From: Planctomycetaceae bacterium
GTDB taxonomy: Bacteria > Planctomycetota > Planctomycetia > Pirellulales > UBA7805
DNA: 64,000 bases
NCBI GenBank assembly: GCA_902630355.1
Contig: CACOUL010000010.1
Location: 567-64,566 of the forward strand
Reading direction: 5' to 3'
Part shown: piece after piece, positions 27,471 through 36,277 of the stretch
Numbering within the stretch: the first letter of the stretch is position 1
How the letters are laid out: the number at the start of each line of letters is the position of its first letter
Made by a program: the position numbers and the translations under genes
Notes under the pieces: model-generated
What the model was told of the DNA's origin: nothing
The model's database searches: none
What the model saw: the letters and a program-made list of their open reading frames with translations, nothing else

Positions 27471-28523
27471 CTACTCGCGATATTCCACTTCACCGCCGTT
27501 ACGCGTGAACCGGTTGACGAATACATTGACTGGCATGTCTTCCGATTCAAATTTAACTGCACCATCGCCGTAGAGAACCATTGCTCCGCCTGGATGAAAA
27601 CTATAAACCTCACCGATGTTTGTGTGATTGATCAGTTTATCCCTATTAAAAGTTTGGCTTTGGATTCCCGGATTGAGCTTTATCGACGCTTTCCAGTTAC
27701 TCCACTGAGTATATGCGTCATAAGCGTTTCCAAACGCTTTTCCATCGCGGTACCGGTAGGGTTTTCCGGCGGACTCAAAGAGCATGAATGTGTTGGCCAA
27801 ACCATCACCAATCGCCGATGTCCGCGTCTGTTTGTTGAGTTGGAGCATCCCTGCGCCCAGCGATGCTTCCGTTCCCTCATATCCATGTGCCGTTTGATAG
27901 TAGTCAAAAAGACCGTCATCGATGGCGTATACCGAACAGTAATCGGTGGCAGCATGTGGAAAGTTATAATTTGTTGTGCCCTGGGCAATATCTGCATCGC
28001 GATCAGGCGCCGAGGGACAGAGGAAGTGAACAACATCCTGTGCCGCGATACGCTGATTCGTGACATTAAAATTGTTGCTTGTAAATCCCAACCGCTGCTT
28101 AAACAGACCTAACTCAACTGCACTCAGTTCGTCATTGCGTTTTGTTGTATTATCCCAATGGCGCTCCATGTCAAATAAGTCAGCAATATAATCGAGTTCC
28201 AGATAAGGCAGGACATACGCCAACACGTGGTAGCGTGGTTCATCCTCAAACTCGCCACTCGTAGCGCCGGTGGCTGCAGGTGGGAAGGATTCCTTGCGGC
28301 TTTCATAATTTTGAATCGCTTGCCCGAGTTGCCGCATTTGATTTAGGCAATTGGTCCGCCGGGCCGATTCCTTGAGCGAGTTGAATGTCGGAATTAAGAT
28401 GGCCATCAAAATTCCGATTACCACCACCACCACCAGCAACTCCACCAAGGTAAAGCCAAGAGGTTGGTCGGATTGAATCTTACGTGTAAGCAATTTTTTT
28501 AAAGAACACATCGATTTCACCAT
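27471..28523 (-). CDS. Prepilin-type N-terminal cleavage/methylation domain protein (DUF1559 family)
   Basis: GFTLVELLVVVVVIGILMAILIP pseudopilin leader. The C-terminal H-P-G-G...VLYGDGAV region is typical of planctomycete DUF1559 proteins. Confidence 0.85.
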   Translation of the reverse strand: MVKSMCSLKKLLTRKIQSDQPLGFTLVELLVVVVVIGILMAILIPTFNSLKESARRTNCLNQMRQLGQAIQNYESRKESFPPAATGATSGEFEDEPRYHVLAYVLPYLELDYIADLFDMERHWDNTTKRNDELSAVELGLFKQRLGFTSNNFNVTNQRIAAQDVVHFLCPSAPDRDADIAQGTTNYNFPHAATDYCSVYAIDDGLFDYYQTAHGYEGTEASLGAGMLQLNKQTRTSAIGDGLANTFMLFESAGKPYRYRDGKAFGNAYDAYTQWSNWKASIKLNPGIQSQTFNRDKLINHTNIGEVYSFHPGGAMVLYGDGAVKFESEDMPVNVFVNRFTRNGGEVEYRE

Positions 28524-28541
28524 CGTATGGATAAGCAGGGT

Positions 28542-29018
28542 CTACTCCTCCGACTCGTCCGCGTCTGAAACGAGTTCAAACGCAGGAATGACGATCACGT
28601 CGATTTCGCTATCGTCAGGTTTTTGGATTGTCGCATCGAATCTGGGATTCGCCGGATCCCCGTAGATCTCGCGGAGCGCTTCCCAATTTTCCGGATAACT
28701 ATCCGGTTCGGTCATTTCATCCGGAGTCGGCCAGCGAACGAAAACGTTGTATTCACCTTCGGGAATGCCATCGCCACCCGCGTAAGTGGAAAGCACGAAC
28801 TCACCATTTTCGTCAACACTGCTTACGGGCCTCATCGTTCTCATCGCCTCGGTTGAATTTTGTGGCACAAACTCGATGTAGGCTCCGGCAGCAGGCTCGC
28901 CATCCAAGAGAACCTTCCCTTGAACGGGGATCACCGGTAGTTGGTCTGGACTTCCTCCGCAACCAGTCCAAAGGGATAAAAAAATGCCGAACAACGTCCA
29001 TCGCATGAATCGAGTCAT
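28542..29018 (-). CDS. Small lipoprotein (carboxypeptidase-regulatory-like fold), usual partner of DUF1559 genes
   Basis: Lipobox LSLWTGCGG; beta-rich VQGKVLLDGEPAAGAYIEFVP. Sits immediately upstream of the DUF1559 gene on the same strand. Confidence 0.6.
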   Translation of the reverse strand: MTRFMRWTLFGIFLSLWTGCGGSPDQLPVIPVQGKVLLDGEPAAGAYIEFVPQNSTEAMRTMRPVSSVDENGEFVLSTYAGGDGIPEGEYNVFVRWPTPDEMTEPDSYPENWEALREIYGDPANPRFDATIQKPDDSEIDVIVIPAFELVSDADESEE

Positions 29019-29223
29019 AATTTGGATTGTACTTTCAATCGAATATTTAGCCCAAACAACCTTTATAGTCTATCTGTTTTTTACTCAGGCATGCAACCAA
29101 CACCCGACATCTCGAAAAATACGCACAGGATCTGAAATGAATTCATGTGGTCCCGTTTTGCCCTGCGTTATATACTGATCTGTCATAGTAAATTAACCCC
29201 GGACTGAGAGGAATGAGTCCGCG

Positions 29224-30948
29224 ATGAGCGAACCGGTGAGACGTAGTTCAGTAGAAGGATTCAAAGAAGCGAGTGAGTTTTTGAGGGGCGAAATTCCCGA
29301 AGAACTCGTTGATGAAAATGCCTTTTTTGGTAAGGGAAGCATACAACTTCTCAAGCATCACGGCAGCTATCAGCAAGACAATCGCGACGAACGGAAGGCG
29401 GCTCGCGAGGATGGACGCGGCAAGGCCTACTCTATGATGCTTCGCACCGTGGTGCCGGGCGGCAAATTCTCCTGCGCTCAACTCATGGCCGAACTCGATC
29501 TTTGTGATGAGGTCGGCAATACCACGCTTCGAATCACGACCCGCCAGGCGCTCCAACTGCACGGCATTCTCAAAGGAGATTTAAAAAAGACGATCCGCCG
29601 GATCAACGATGTGCAGGCAACCACCCTTGCTGCCTGTGGCGATGTAAACCGGAATGTCATGTGTAGCCCGGCGCCTTTTCGCAACAATCCGATTCACGAT
29701 GAGCTGCAGCAAATGGCGGACCGATTATCGCAACACTTTATGCCCCGTACTAAGGCCTATCACCAATTGTGGCTCACCGACGAGGAAACGGAAGAGAAGC
29801 AACTGGTGGGCGGCACGGAAAATCCCTTCGAGGTCGAGCCAATCTACGGAGCCGTATATCTGCCTCGAAAATTCAAGATGGGTATTGCGCTGCCGGACGA
29901 CAATTGCATCGATGTTTATTCTCAGGATCTGGGCCTGCTGGCGATTTGTGAAGACGAAAAAATTGTAGGTTACAACATGCTCGTCGGCGGCGGTTTTGGC
30001 ACAACGCCGACTGCCAAAAAAACGTTTCCTGCATTGGCACAGCCCCTTGCCTACGTCCTCCCCGATCAAGTGATTGCGGTGGCGACGGCCGTTGTGGAGG
30101 TACAAAGGGATTTTGGAAATCGTGCGGATAGAAAAAACGCGCGACTCAAATATCTCATTCACAATTGGGGACTCGAAAAATTCAAGCAAAAGGTAGAGGA
30201 ATATTTGGGTCAGTCGCTGACCGATCCCAAGCCACTGCAAGTCACTGGATTTGACGATCACTTGGGGTGGCACGCTCAAGGAGACGGCAGGTGGTTTTAC
30301 GGATTGAACGTAGAAAACGGCCGGATCAAGGATGAGGGTCGATTCCAACTGAAGACTGCGTTACGAAAAATTGCGGAAAAGTTGGACCCTCCATTGCGCT
30401 TCACCAGTCACCAGAACATTCTCTTTACGGAAATCGAAGAAGGACAAAAAAAAGAACTCGAAAATATTTTGGAGCAGTATGGCGTGCCGCTCACGGAGAC
30501 GATCAGCACGGTGAGGCGCTGGAGTATGGCTTGTCCGGCGATGCCGACGTGTGGTTTGGCAGTCACCGAGAGTGAACGAGCACTCCCTGCGATGATGGAC
30601 CAGTTGGAAATAGGGCTCAAAGAGTTAGGTTTGGAGAACGAGGTCTTTACCACTCGGATGACCGGTTGTCCAAACGGGTGTGCAAGACCTTACAACTCGG
30701 ACATCGGGTTGGTCGGGAAAACCCTCGGAAAGTACACCATTCTTCTTGCCGGTCGTCGCGAGGGGGATCGACTCAATCGTATCTATCAAGATCTCGTACC
30801 CGCCGAGGAGGTGGTGTCCACCCTTTTACCACTCTTTGCATTTTTCAAGCGCGATCGGCAAGAAGGTGAAAGTTTTGGCGACTTCTGCGAGCGGCAGGGA
30901 TTTGATCGGCTCCGTGCCGAGACTGAACCGGAGAGCGAAGTTGCCTAG
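29224..30948 (+). CDS. cysI: Assimilatory sulfite reductase hemoprotein (CysI/Sir family)
   Basis: Nitrite/sulfite reductase repeats; siroheme-4Fe4S Cys motifs ACPAMPTCGLA and TGCPNGCARPY. Confidence 0.88.
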   Translation: MSEPVRRSSVEGFKEASEFLRGEIPEELVDENAFFGKGSIQLLKHHGSYQQDNRDERKAAREDGRGKAYSMMLRTVVPGGKFSCAQLMAELDLCDEVGNTTLRITTRQALQLHGILKGDLKKTIRRINDVQATTLAACGDVNRNVMCSPAPFRNNPIHDELQQMADRLSQHFMPRTKAYHQLWLTDEETEEKQLVGGTENPFEVEPIYGAVYLPRKFKMGIALPDDNCIDVYSQDLGLLAICEDEKIVGYNMLVGGGFGTTPTAKKTFPALAQPLAYVLPDQVIAVATAVVEVQRDFGNRADRKNARLKYLIHNWGLEKFKQKVEEYLGQSLTDPKPLQVTGFDDHLGWHAQGDGRWFYGLNVENGRIKDEGRFQLKTALRKIAEKLDPPLRFTSHQNILFTEIEEGQKKELENILEQYGVPLTETISTVRRWSMACPAMPTCGLAVTESERALPAMMDQLEIGLKELGLENEVFTTRMTGCPNGCARPYNSDIGLVGKTLGKYTILLAGRREGDRLNRIYQDLVPAEEVVSTLLPLFAFFKRDRQEGESFGDFCERQGFDRLRAETEPESEVA

Positions 30949-32700
30949 TTATTCTTCGTTGTCCAACTCTTGCGCATCATCCGGACTTGCCTGTTCGGAT
31001 TGATTATTTCCCGTATCTTGGGATGCGGTATGCTTCTCCCGCCACGGTTTTCCCTCCCGATAGCTCTTGAGTTCCGCTTTGAGCTGATCGTCTACAGCCG
31101 GGTTGCCGAGTTTTACGGCCTCCTCTGACCAGCGGACTGCTTCGGTAAAATCACCCTTCTCGGCAAACGCAGCGGCAAGCGTGCTGAGAATATGTGCTTC
31201 CTTATACTGGGTGACTTCGCATGCCCGCTTTGCGAGTTCGAGCGCACGCTTCGCGTCCCGTAATTCATCCTCGGGGGACGTTGCGAGAACCCACGCCAAG
31301 TTATTGAGAATACCCGAATCGTTCGGCTGGAGTTTTAGCGCCTGATCATAATCTTTAATTGCCTCAGCCTGTTTACCAATGTTGAGAAACAAATCCCCGC
31401 GATATTGATAAATGATCGCATGTGGCAAAGAGCGACCGAGTAATTTATCGTAGATTTGCAACGCTTCTTTCATCTGATGATTGCCCGTGTAATACACGGC
31501 GAGATTCATCAGCAAATCATTTTCCTCGGGAAGTGCCTCGACCGCCCTTTCCATTCCGGCAATCGCTTCATCCAGTTGACCATCCTCTGTGAGAACGGCG
31601 GCACGCATCCGGATGGCGTGGAGTCGCTTGGGATCGACAACCAGGACACGTTCAATGTCTTTTAATGCATCGGTGTATTTCTTTTGTCGCCAGTAGATTT
31701 GTGCCCGGAGGAGTCGCCAGCCAAGATTATCGACGACCCGGTCGATTGCTCGATTGATATCGTCGAGAGCCCGATCAAATTCTTTCTGGTGGAGAAATAT
31801 TTCCGACCGATAGGCATACGGGTCTGCACGGTCGGGATCAATTTCGATCACCCGATTAAAGACTTCAAGTGAATCGTCCGCCCGGTTGGCGAATAATAAT
31901 GCCAAACCGAGCATTTCGTTCACATCCGCATCGCCAGATTTCAAATTAACTAATCGTCGAAAATCCTCGACCGCTTTCTCCGGATTGTCATTGCTCAGGT
32001 AGTGTCTTCCCCGCATGCGAAGCGCGTCGACGTGATCCGGTTGCAATCGCAGGGCCGCATTGAAGTCTGCCAGTTGATCCTTGGGGGTCTCCCTTATTTC
32101 CCCCCGAAGGGTCAATGCCATCGCCTGGATCACGGGGTCGGCCTGAGACTGCGCGATCGCCATATCGAGTGCGGACTTCACCCTCTTTTTGTCTCCCCCG
32201 GGAAGCAGGTGTAATTTGCCGATCAGCAGATAAGCTTCGGGAAATATTTCCTGATACTCAACCGCTTCTTCGAGGTTCACGCGGGCCGAGAGAGCCAGGG
32301 TTGGCCAATTGTCATTGGGTGGAGATCGCTCGAAGATCTCGTTACAAACACGACTCGCCCGTTCAAATAAGGTAGCTGCGAGAAGTTGTCGCGCAAATTT
32401 TAGATTTTGTTGATCTAAACCTTCGCGTATCGCCTGTTTGCAAAGCCGGGTTACCTCCGACAAATCGCCGAAATTACTTGCAGTGATCTTAAGTCGCGTG
32501 GCCTCATGGAGGTATTTCTCTCCTTGGTTCACCTTCTCTTTTGCATTTGCGGGTTGAGACGAATCCTCAACCACCTTACTTTGCGAGTCTTTCTCCACCG
32601 TCGTCGGAGTGTCCTCGGCGTGAGACGTGGCAGCGGTAGGTAGAAGCGTGCCGATGAAGGTTACAAAGAGGAAGCGCGACATCTTGCAGAGATTCATCAT
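30949..32700 (-). CDS. Secreted TPR-repeat protein
   Basis: Many 34-aa TPR units (e.g. AIKDYDQALKLQPNDSGILNNLAWVL). Signal peptide MMNLCKMSRFLFVTFIGTLLPTAATSHA, so the start is taken at about 32700. Confidence 0.75.
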   Translation of the reverse strand: MMNLCKMSRFLFVTFIGTLLPTAATSHAEDTPTTVEKDSQSKVVEDSSQPANAKEKVNQGEKYLHEATRLKITASNFGDLSEVTRLCKQAIREGLDQQNLKFARQLLAATLFERASRVCNEIFERSPPNDNWPTLALSARVNLEEAVEYQEIFPEAYLLIGKLHLLPGGDKKRVKSALDMAIAQSQADPVIQAMALTLRGEIRETPKDQLADFNAALRLQPDHVDALRMRGRHYLSNDNPEKAVEDFRRLVNLKSGDADVNEMLGLALLFANRADDSLEVFNRVIEIDPDRADPYAYRSEIFLHQKEFDRALDDINRAIDRVVDNLGWRLLRAQIYWRQKKYTDALKDIERVLVVDPKRLHAIRMRAAVLTEDGQLDEAIAGMERAVEALPEENDLLMNLAVYYTGNHQMKEALQIYDKLLGRSLPHAIIYQYRGDLFLNIGKQAEAIKDYDQALKLQPNDSGILNNLAWVLATSPEDELRDAKRALELAKRACEVTQYKEAHILSTLAAAFAEKGDFTEAVRWSEEAVKLGNPAVDDQLKAELKSYREGKPWREKHTASQDTGNNQSEQASPDDAQELDNEE

Positions 32701-32827
32701 GGGATTTTCCTCTCCCGCTCGGTATACAGCGAGCTCGATTCCTGGGCCATGCATTGTACCCCGAGAATCCAGGACGGACCACCAGAACGGTTGTGGCGAA
32801 TACCGAAGGAGCGCGAAGCGGGGCCGC

Positions 32828-34441
32828 TTATTGGTTTCTCCAGAATCCTGGGAGAAACAGGACCAGAATCGTGAAGATTTCGAGTCTGCCGATCATCATC
32901 AGCCAAATAAAGAGAAACTTGGCTTGAGGAGTAAAGTAGGTGTAAGTGTACCTGGGACCCACGGTGCCAAGACCGGGACCCACATTGTTCAGTGTCGCCG
33001 CCACACTCGAGGCACAATCGATCAGTTTGTGATCCATATGTTCCATCCCTGTCCCTCCTCGAATCCATGTGGCATCTGGTTCGGTGGTGATCAGAAAAAG
33101 CCAACTGAAAACAAAGATGATGAGGATCAATCCGAAATAGACGAGTATGTTTTTGCGCAAGTTTTGATCTTCTACCGGCTGTCCGCCCAAACGCAATGGC
33201 CGAACGACAGTCGGATGATAAGACTTTTCGAGTTCCAGTCGCATGATACTCAAAAACATGATGTGCCGAATTACTTTCAGTCCACCTCCGGTGCTTCCGG
33301 CACAGCCGCCAATAAACATCAACAGAAGTAGAGTGCCCCGCCCGAAATTATTCCACTCATCGAAATTCGCTGAATTACTAAACCCGGTAGTCGTCATGAT
33401 AGAAATGACCTGAAAACCGCTTTGTCGCAATCCGGAAGTTATCGATTGCCAGAAGTTATCACCGAAGTAGAAAAACTGATCTCTATTTAGGTAACCAAAA
33501 AATAGAATCAAAAGAGAGACGCCCAGAAGTGTCAGGATATAGGTTCTCCATTCCACGTCCTTGAGCAACTTCAGCGGTTTGCCGATTGCCATAAAATAAA
33601 GAAGGGTAAAATTTGTACCGGCAATCACCATGAACAACATGATAAATGATTCGGCCCATAGCGCTCCGGTGGGACCTACGCTTGGTATTTGAGAAAAGTG
33701 GCCAACGCTATTGTTGTAGGTGCTGAACCCACCGGTCGCCATGGTTCCAAACGAGGTGCAGAAAGAATCGAACCACGATAGCCCGCAGACGGCAAGCACG
33801 ATCGAAAGGATGATTGTCAATGCGAAATAGATAGTGGCAAAAATCCACGCGGTATGCTGAATCCGGGTCCGAGGCCCTTCTTTTGTCGGCCCTGGAATTT
33901 CACTCCGCATCAGTGTTTTTCCCGCGGAGCCCTGTCCGAGAAGCGCGACAAAAAGCACGATGATTCCCATCCCACCGAGAAAGTGTGTACTGCTTCGCCA
34001 GAAGAGTATCGAGCGAGGCACCAGAGCCTCGCCCGCATGCATTTCCACGTCGGTCAACACAGTCGCCCCGGTGGTACTGAAGCCGGATTGTGCTTCGAAG
34101 CATGCATCCCACACCTGCATCACCCGCCCGGGGGCCATTTCGGTCCGACTGATGAGGTAGGGCATTGCTCCGACGGCCGTGGCCAGAATCCAACTCAACC
34201 CGACGACTGCCATTGCCTCTTTACGATAAAGTGAACCTGTGGCGTTGCGCCCGAGATACCAGAAAATACTACCGATTCCGAGCGCAATAGTGACCGCACC
34301 CAGCAGACCGAAAAATCCGTCGTATTCAAACTGCGCACTTCCGCCGATTGCGGGAAATGCCCACGGCAGGCTAAAGACCATCGTGGCCGCAATTAAAAAA
34401 ACGATGCGGCTCATTAACTTGAACAGGAGAGCAAAGTTCAT
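32828..34441 (-). CDS. trkH: TrkH/KtrB-family potassium transporter
   Basis: Four M1-P-M2 repeats with selectivity-filter-like motifs (STTGAT, MATGGFS, TTTGFS, GSTGGGLKV). Confidence 0.9.
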   Translation of the reverse strand: MNFALLFKLMSRIVFLIAATMVFSLPWAFPAIGGSAQFEYDGFFGLLGAVTIALGIGSIFWYLGRNATGSLYRKEAMAVVGLSWILATAVGAMPYLISRTEMAPGRVMQVWDACFEAQSGFSTTGATVLTDVEMHAGEALVPRSILFWRSSTHFLGGMGIIVLFVALLGQGSAGKTLMRSEIPGPTKEGPRTRIQHTAWIFATIYFALTIILSIVLAVCGLSWFDSFCTSFGTMATGGFSTYNNSVGHFSQIPSVGPTGALWAESFIMLFMVIAGTNFTLLYFMAIGKPLKLLKDVEWRTYILTLLGVSLLILFFGYLNRDQFFYFGDNFWQSITSGLRQSGFQVISIMTTTGFSNSANFDEWNNFGRGTLLLLMFIGGCAGSTGGGLKVIRHIMFLSIMRLELEKSYHPTVVRPLRLGGQPVEDQNLRKNILVYFGLILIIFVFSWLFLITTEPDATWIRGGTGMEHMDHKLIDCASSVAATLNNVGPGLGTVGPRYTYTYFTPQAKFLFIWLMMIGRLEIFTILVLFLPGFWRNQ

Positions 34442-34528
34442 AATTGTCCGACTGGTCGATTAATTAAAAGAACCTGCATGAATGACAAGCATTTTTGAAT
34501 GCATTGTCCAGGATAACTTAATAGCAAA

Positions 34529-35875
34529 CTAAGAATTACCGGAGTCGAACATCGCGACCGTATCCTCAATGGCCGAATCATCGATCAATGCCACTACCGT
34601 GTCACCCGGTGCGAGTCGATCGTCCGCACCCGGAACGCGAACGTAATCTTCCTGCACAATCACGGCAATGAGACACTTTTCCGGTAATTGTAAATTGGCC
34701 AATACGTGGTCCGTGCACGGGGCATTTTCACGCACCACTAATTCGATGACGTTCAAATCGCCACCACCAATCGCGGTACGCGATATGATTGGTCCGCGGT
34801 AAAGCAAACTGAGAACCTGACGCGCCATGACCTCACGCGGACTGACCGCCCGATCGATACCCAACTTGCCGACGACCTCTGCATAATCGGGACGCTCGAC
34901 AACCGCATTAATCGTCTTCGCACCAATTTCTCTCGCCGTAACGCAGGCCATGATATTGTCTTCGTCGTCCGCCATGCAGGCCACAAACACATCCGCACTC
35001 CCGACACGCTCTTCCTCGAGGTGTGCTCTTTGGGTTGCATCCGTGTGAACCACCGTGACGCCGGGAAGGCTTTCGGAAAGAAAATTACAGCGCTCCATAT
35101 TGGCGTCCAATAAAACCACTCCACAACGACTGCTCTCGAGTGATTGCGCTAGGTGGTATCCGGTTTCGCCTCCACCGGCGATGACCACTCCTAATTTTGA
35201 GGGGGAACCTTGCTGGAACATTTCCTTCACTTCGTCAATTTCGTCGCCCACGCCTATAAGTGTGATGCGATCGCCAACCGAAATTTCATCCTCTGCAAGC
35301 GCAAGCGAGGTTCTTCCCTCGCGCGTGATCGATGCGATTCGAACCCCGGGTGGTAATCCCAATTGTTTGATGGGCATGCCGAGGGTTGGGGCTTTGTCGG
35401 TCACTTGAATCTCGTCGACCTCCAATTCGCCACGGGCGAAATGCTCCATGGTGACGCTACCGGGGTGACGTATATTGTGTGCGATCTCCATCGCTGAAAG
35501 ATGTTCCAGACTCAGCAAGCGGTCGATGTGAAAATGCCGCTGATAATCAAAAGTGCTCAGGTCGTTGTATACCGGTGCGTAGACGCGGGCGACGGAGCGT
35601 GCAGCGCCCATGGCTTTCGATAAACTAGCGGCAATTAAATTTACCTCGTCATTTCCGGTGACCGCTAAACACAAATCAGCACTTGCGACTCCGGCCTGAA
35701 AAAGCACACTCGATTGCGATGCCGATCCATGAATAGCCCGCACGTCCAATCGTTCATTGATTCCTGCAATATTTTCCGCATCCTGATCGACGACAATGAC
35801 ACTGTGGCGATGCTGACATAAAAGGTCGGCGATCGAAGTGCCCACGGTGCCGGCGCCCAAAACGACGATATTCAT
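34529..35875 (-). CDS. trkA: Trk system NAD-binding regulatory protein TrkA (two RCK units)
   Basis: Rossmann motifs IVVLGAGTVGTSIA and VVIAGGGETGYHLA. Confidence 0.9.
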   Translation of the reverse strand: MNIVVLGAGTVGTSIADLLCQHRHSVIVVDQDAENIAGINERLDVRAIHGSASQSSVLFQAGVASADLCLAVTGNDEVNLIAASLSKAMGAARSVARVYAPVYNDLSTFDYQRHFHIDRLLSLEHLSAMEIAHNIRHPGSVTMEHFARGELEVDEIQVTDKAPTLGMPIKQLGLPPGVRIASITREGRTSLALAEDEISVGDRITLIGVGDEIDEVKEMFQQGSPSKLGVVIAGGGETGYHLAQSLESSRCGVVLLDANMERCNFLSESLPGVTVVHTDATQRAHLEEERVGSADVFVACMADDEDNIMACVTAREIGAKTINAVVERPDYAEVVGKLGIDRAVSPREVMARQVLSLLYRGPIISRTAIGGGDLNVIELVVRENAPCTDHVLANLQLPEKCLIAVIVQEDYVRVPGADDRLAPGDTVVALIDDSAIEDTVAMFDSGNS

Positions 35876-35941
35876 AATGCGGGAACCCCAGGTGAATGTA
35901 TGTGACGAAAAAACTGAACCAGGAAATCTAATCGATCCAGT

Positions 35942-36277
35942 CTACTTCCGGACATTGAGTTTTTCATCTGCAATGAGCAGATCTTCCAGAATTTTTCCGT
36001 CAATGACAGTATCTTGAATTATCCGGGGAACGTCCTGTTCACCGACTCCACCGTACCAGGTTTTTTGCGGATAAATGACCGCGACGGGACCCAATTCACA
36101 TTGGTCCAGGCAACCGGCTTTGTTTGCCCGTACGCGCGGTTTCCGCCCACGACGCGTAATTTCTGCTTTAAAGTAGTTACGTAATTTTTCGCATCCAGAG
36201 GGATCACACGAACCGCGCGGATTCTCCGTGGCTCGGCGATTGCAGCAGACAAAAATATGACTTTCGAATTTTGACAT
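35942..36277 (-). CDS. Thioredoxin-like [2Fe-2S] ferredoxin
   Basis: HIFVCCNRR...GSC...AGCLDQCELGPVAVIYP Cys pattern. Its ATG (36277) directly abuts the TAA of the upstream gene (36278..36280). Confidence 0.8.
   Translation of the reverse strand: MSKFESHIFVCCNRRATENPRGSCDPSGCEKLRNYFKAEITRRGRKPRVRANKAGCLDQCELGPVAVIYPQKTWYGGVGEQDVPRIIQDTVIDGKILEDLLIADEKLNVRK

Noticed and set aside
29725-30348. Long antisense ORFs in the track, e.g. 29725..30348, 5030..5608, 19111..19704, 23537..24073, 24171..24722, 40953..41405 and 43569..44234.
   Set aside because: Each lies entirely opposite a confidently identified gene and has a skewed Arg/Ser/Pro-rich or low-complexity composition with no motif. They are shadow ORFs.
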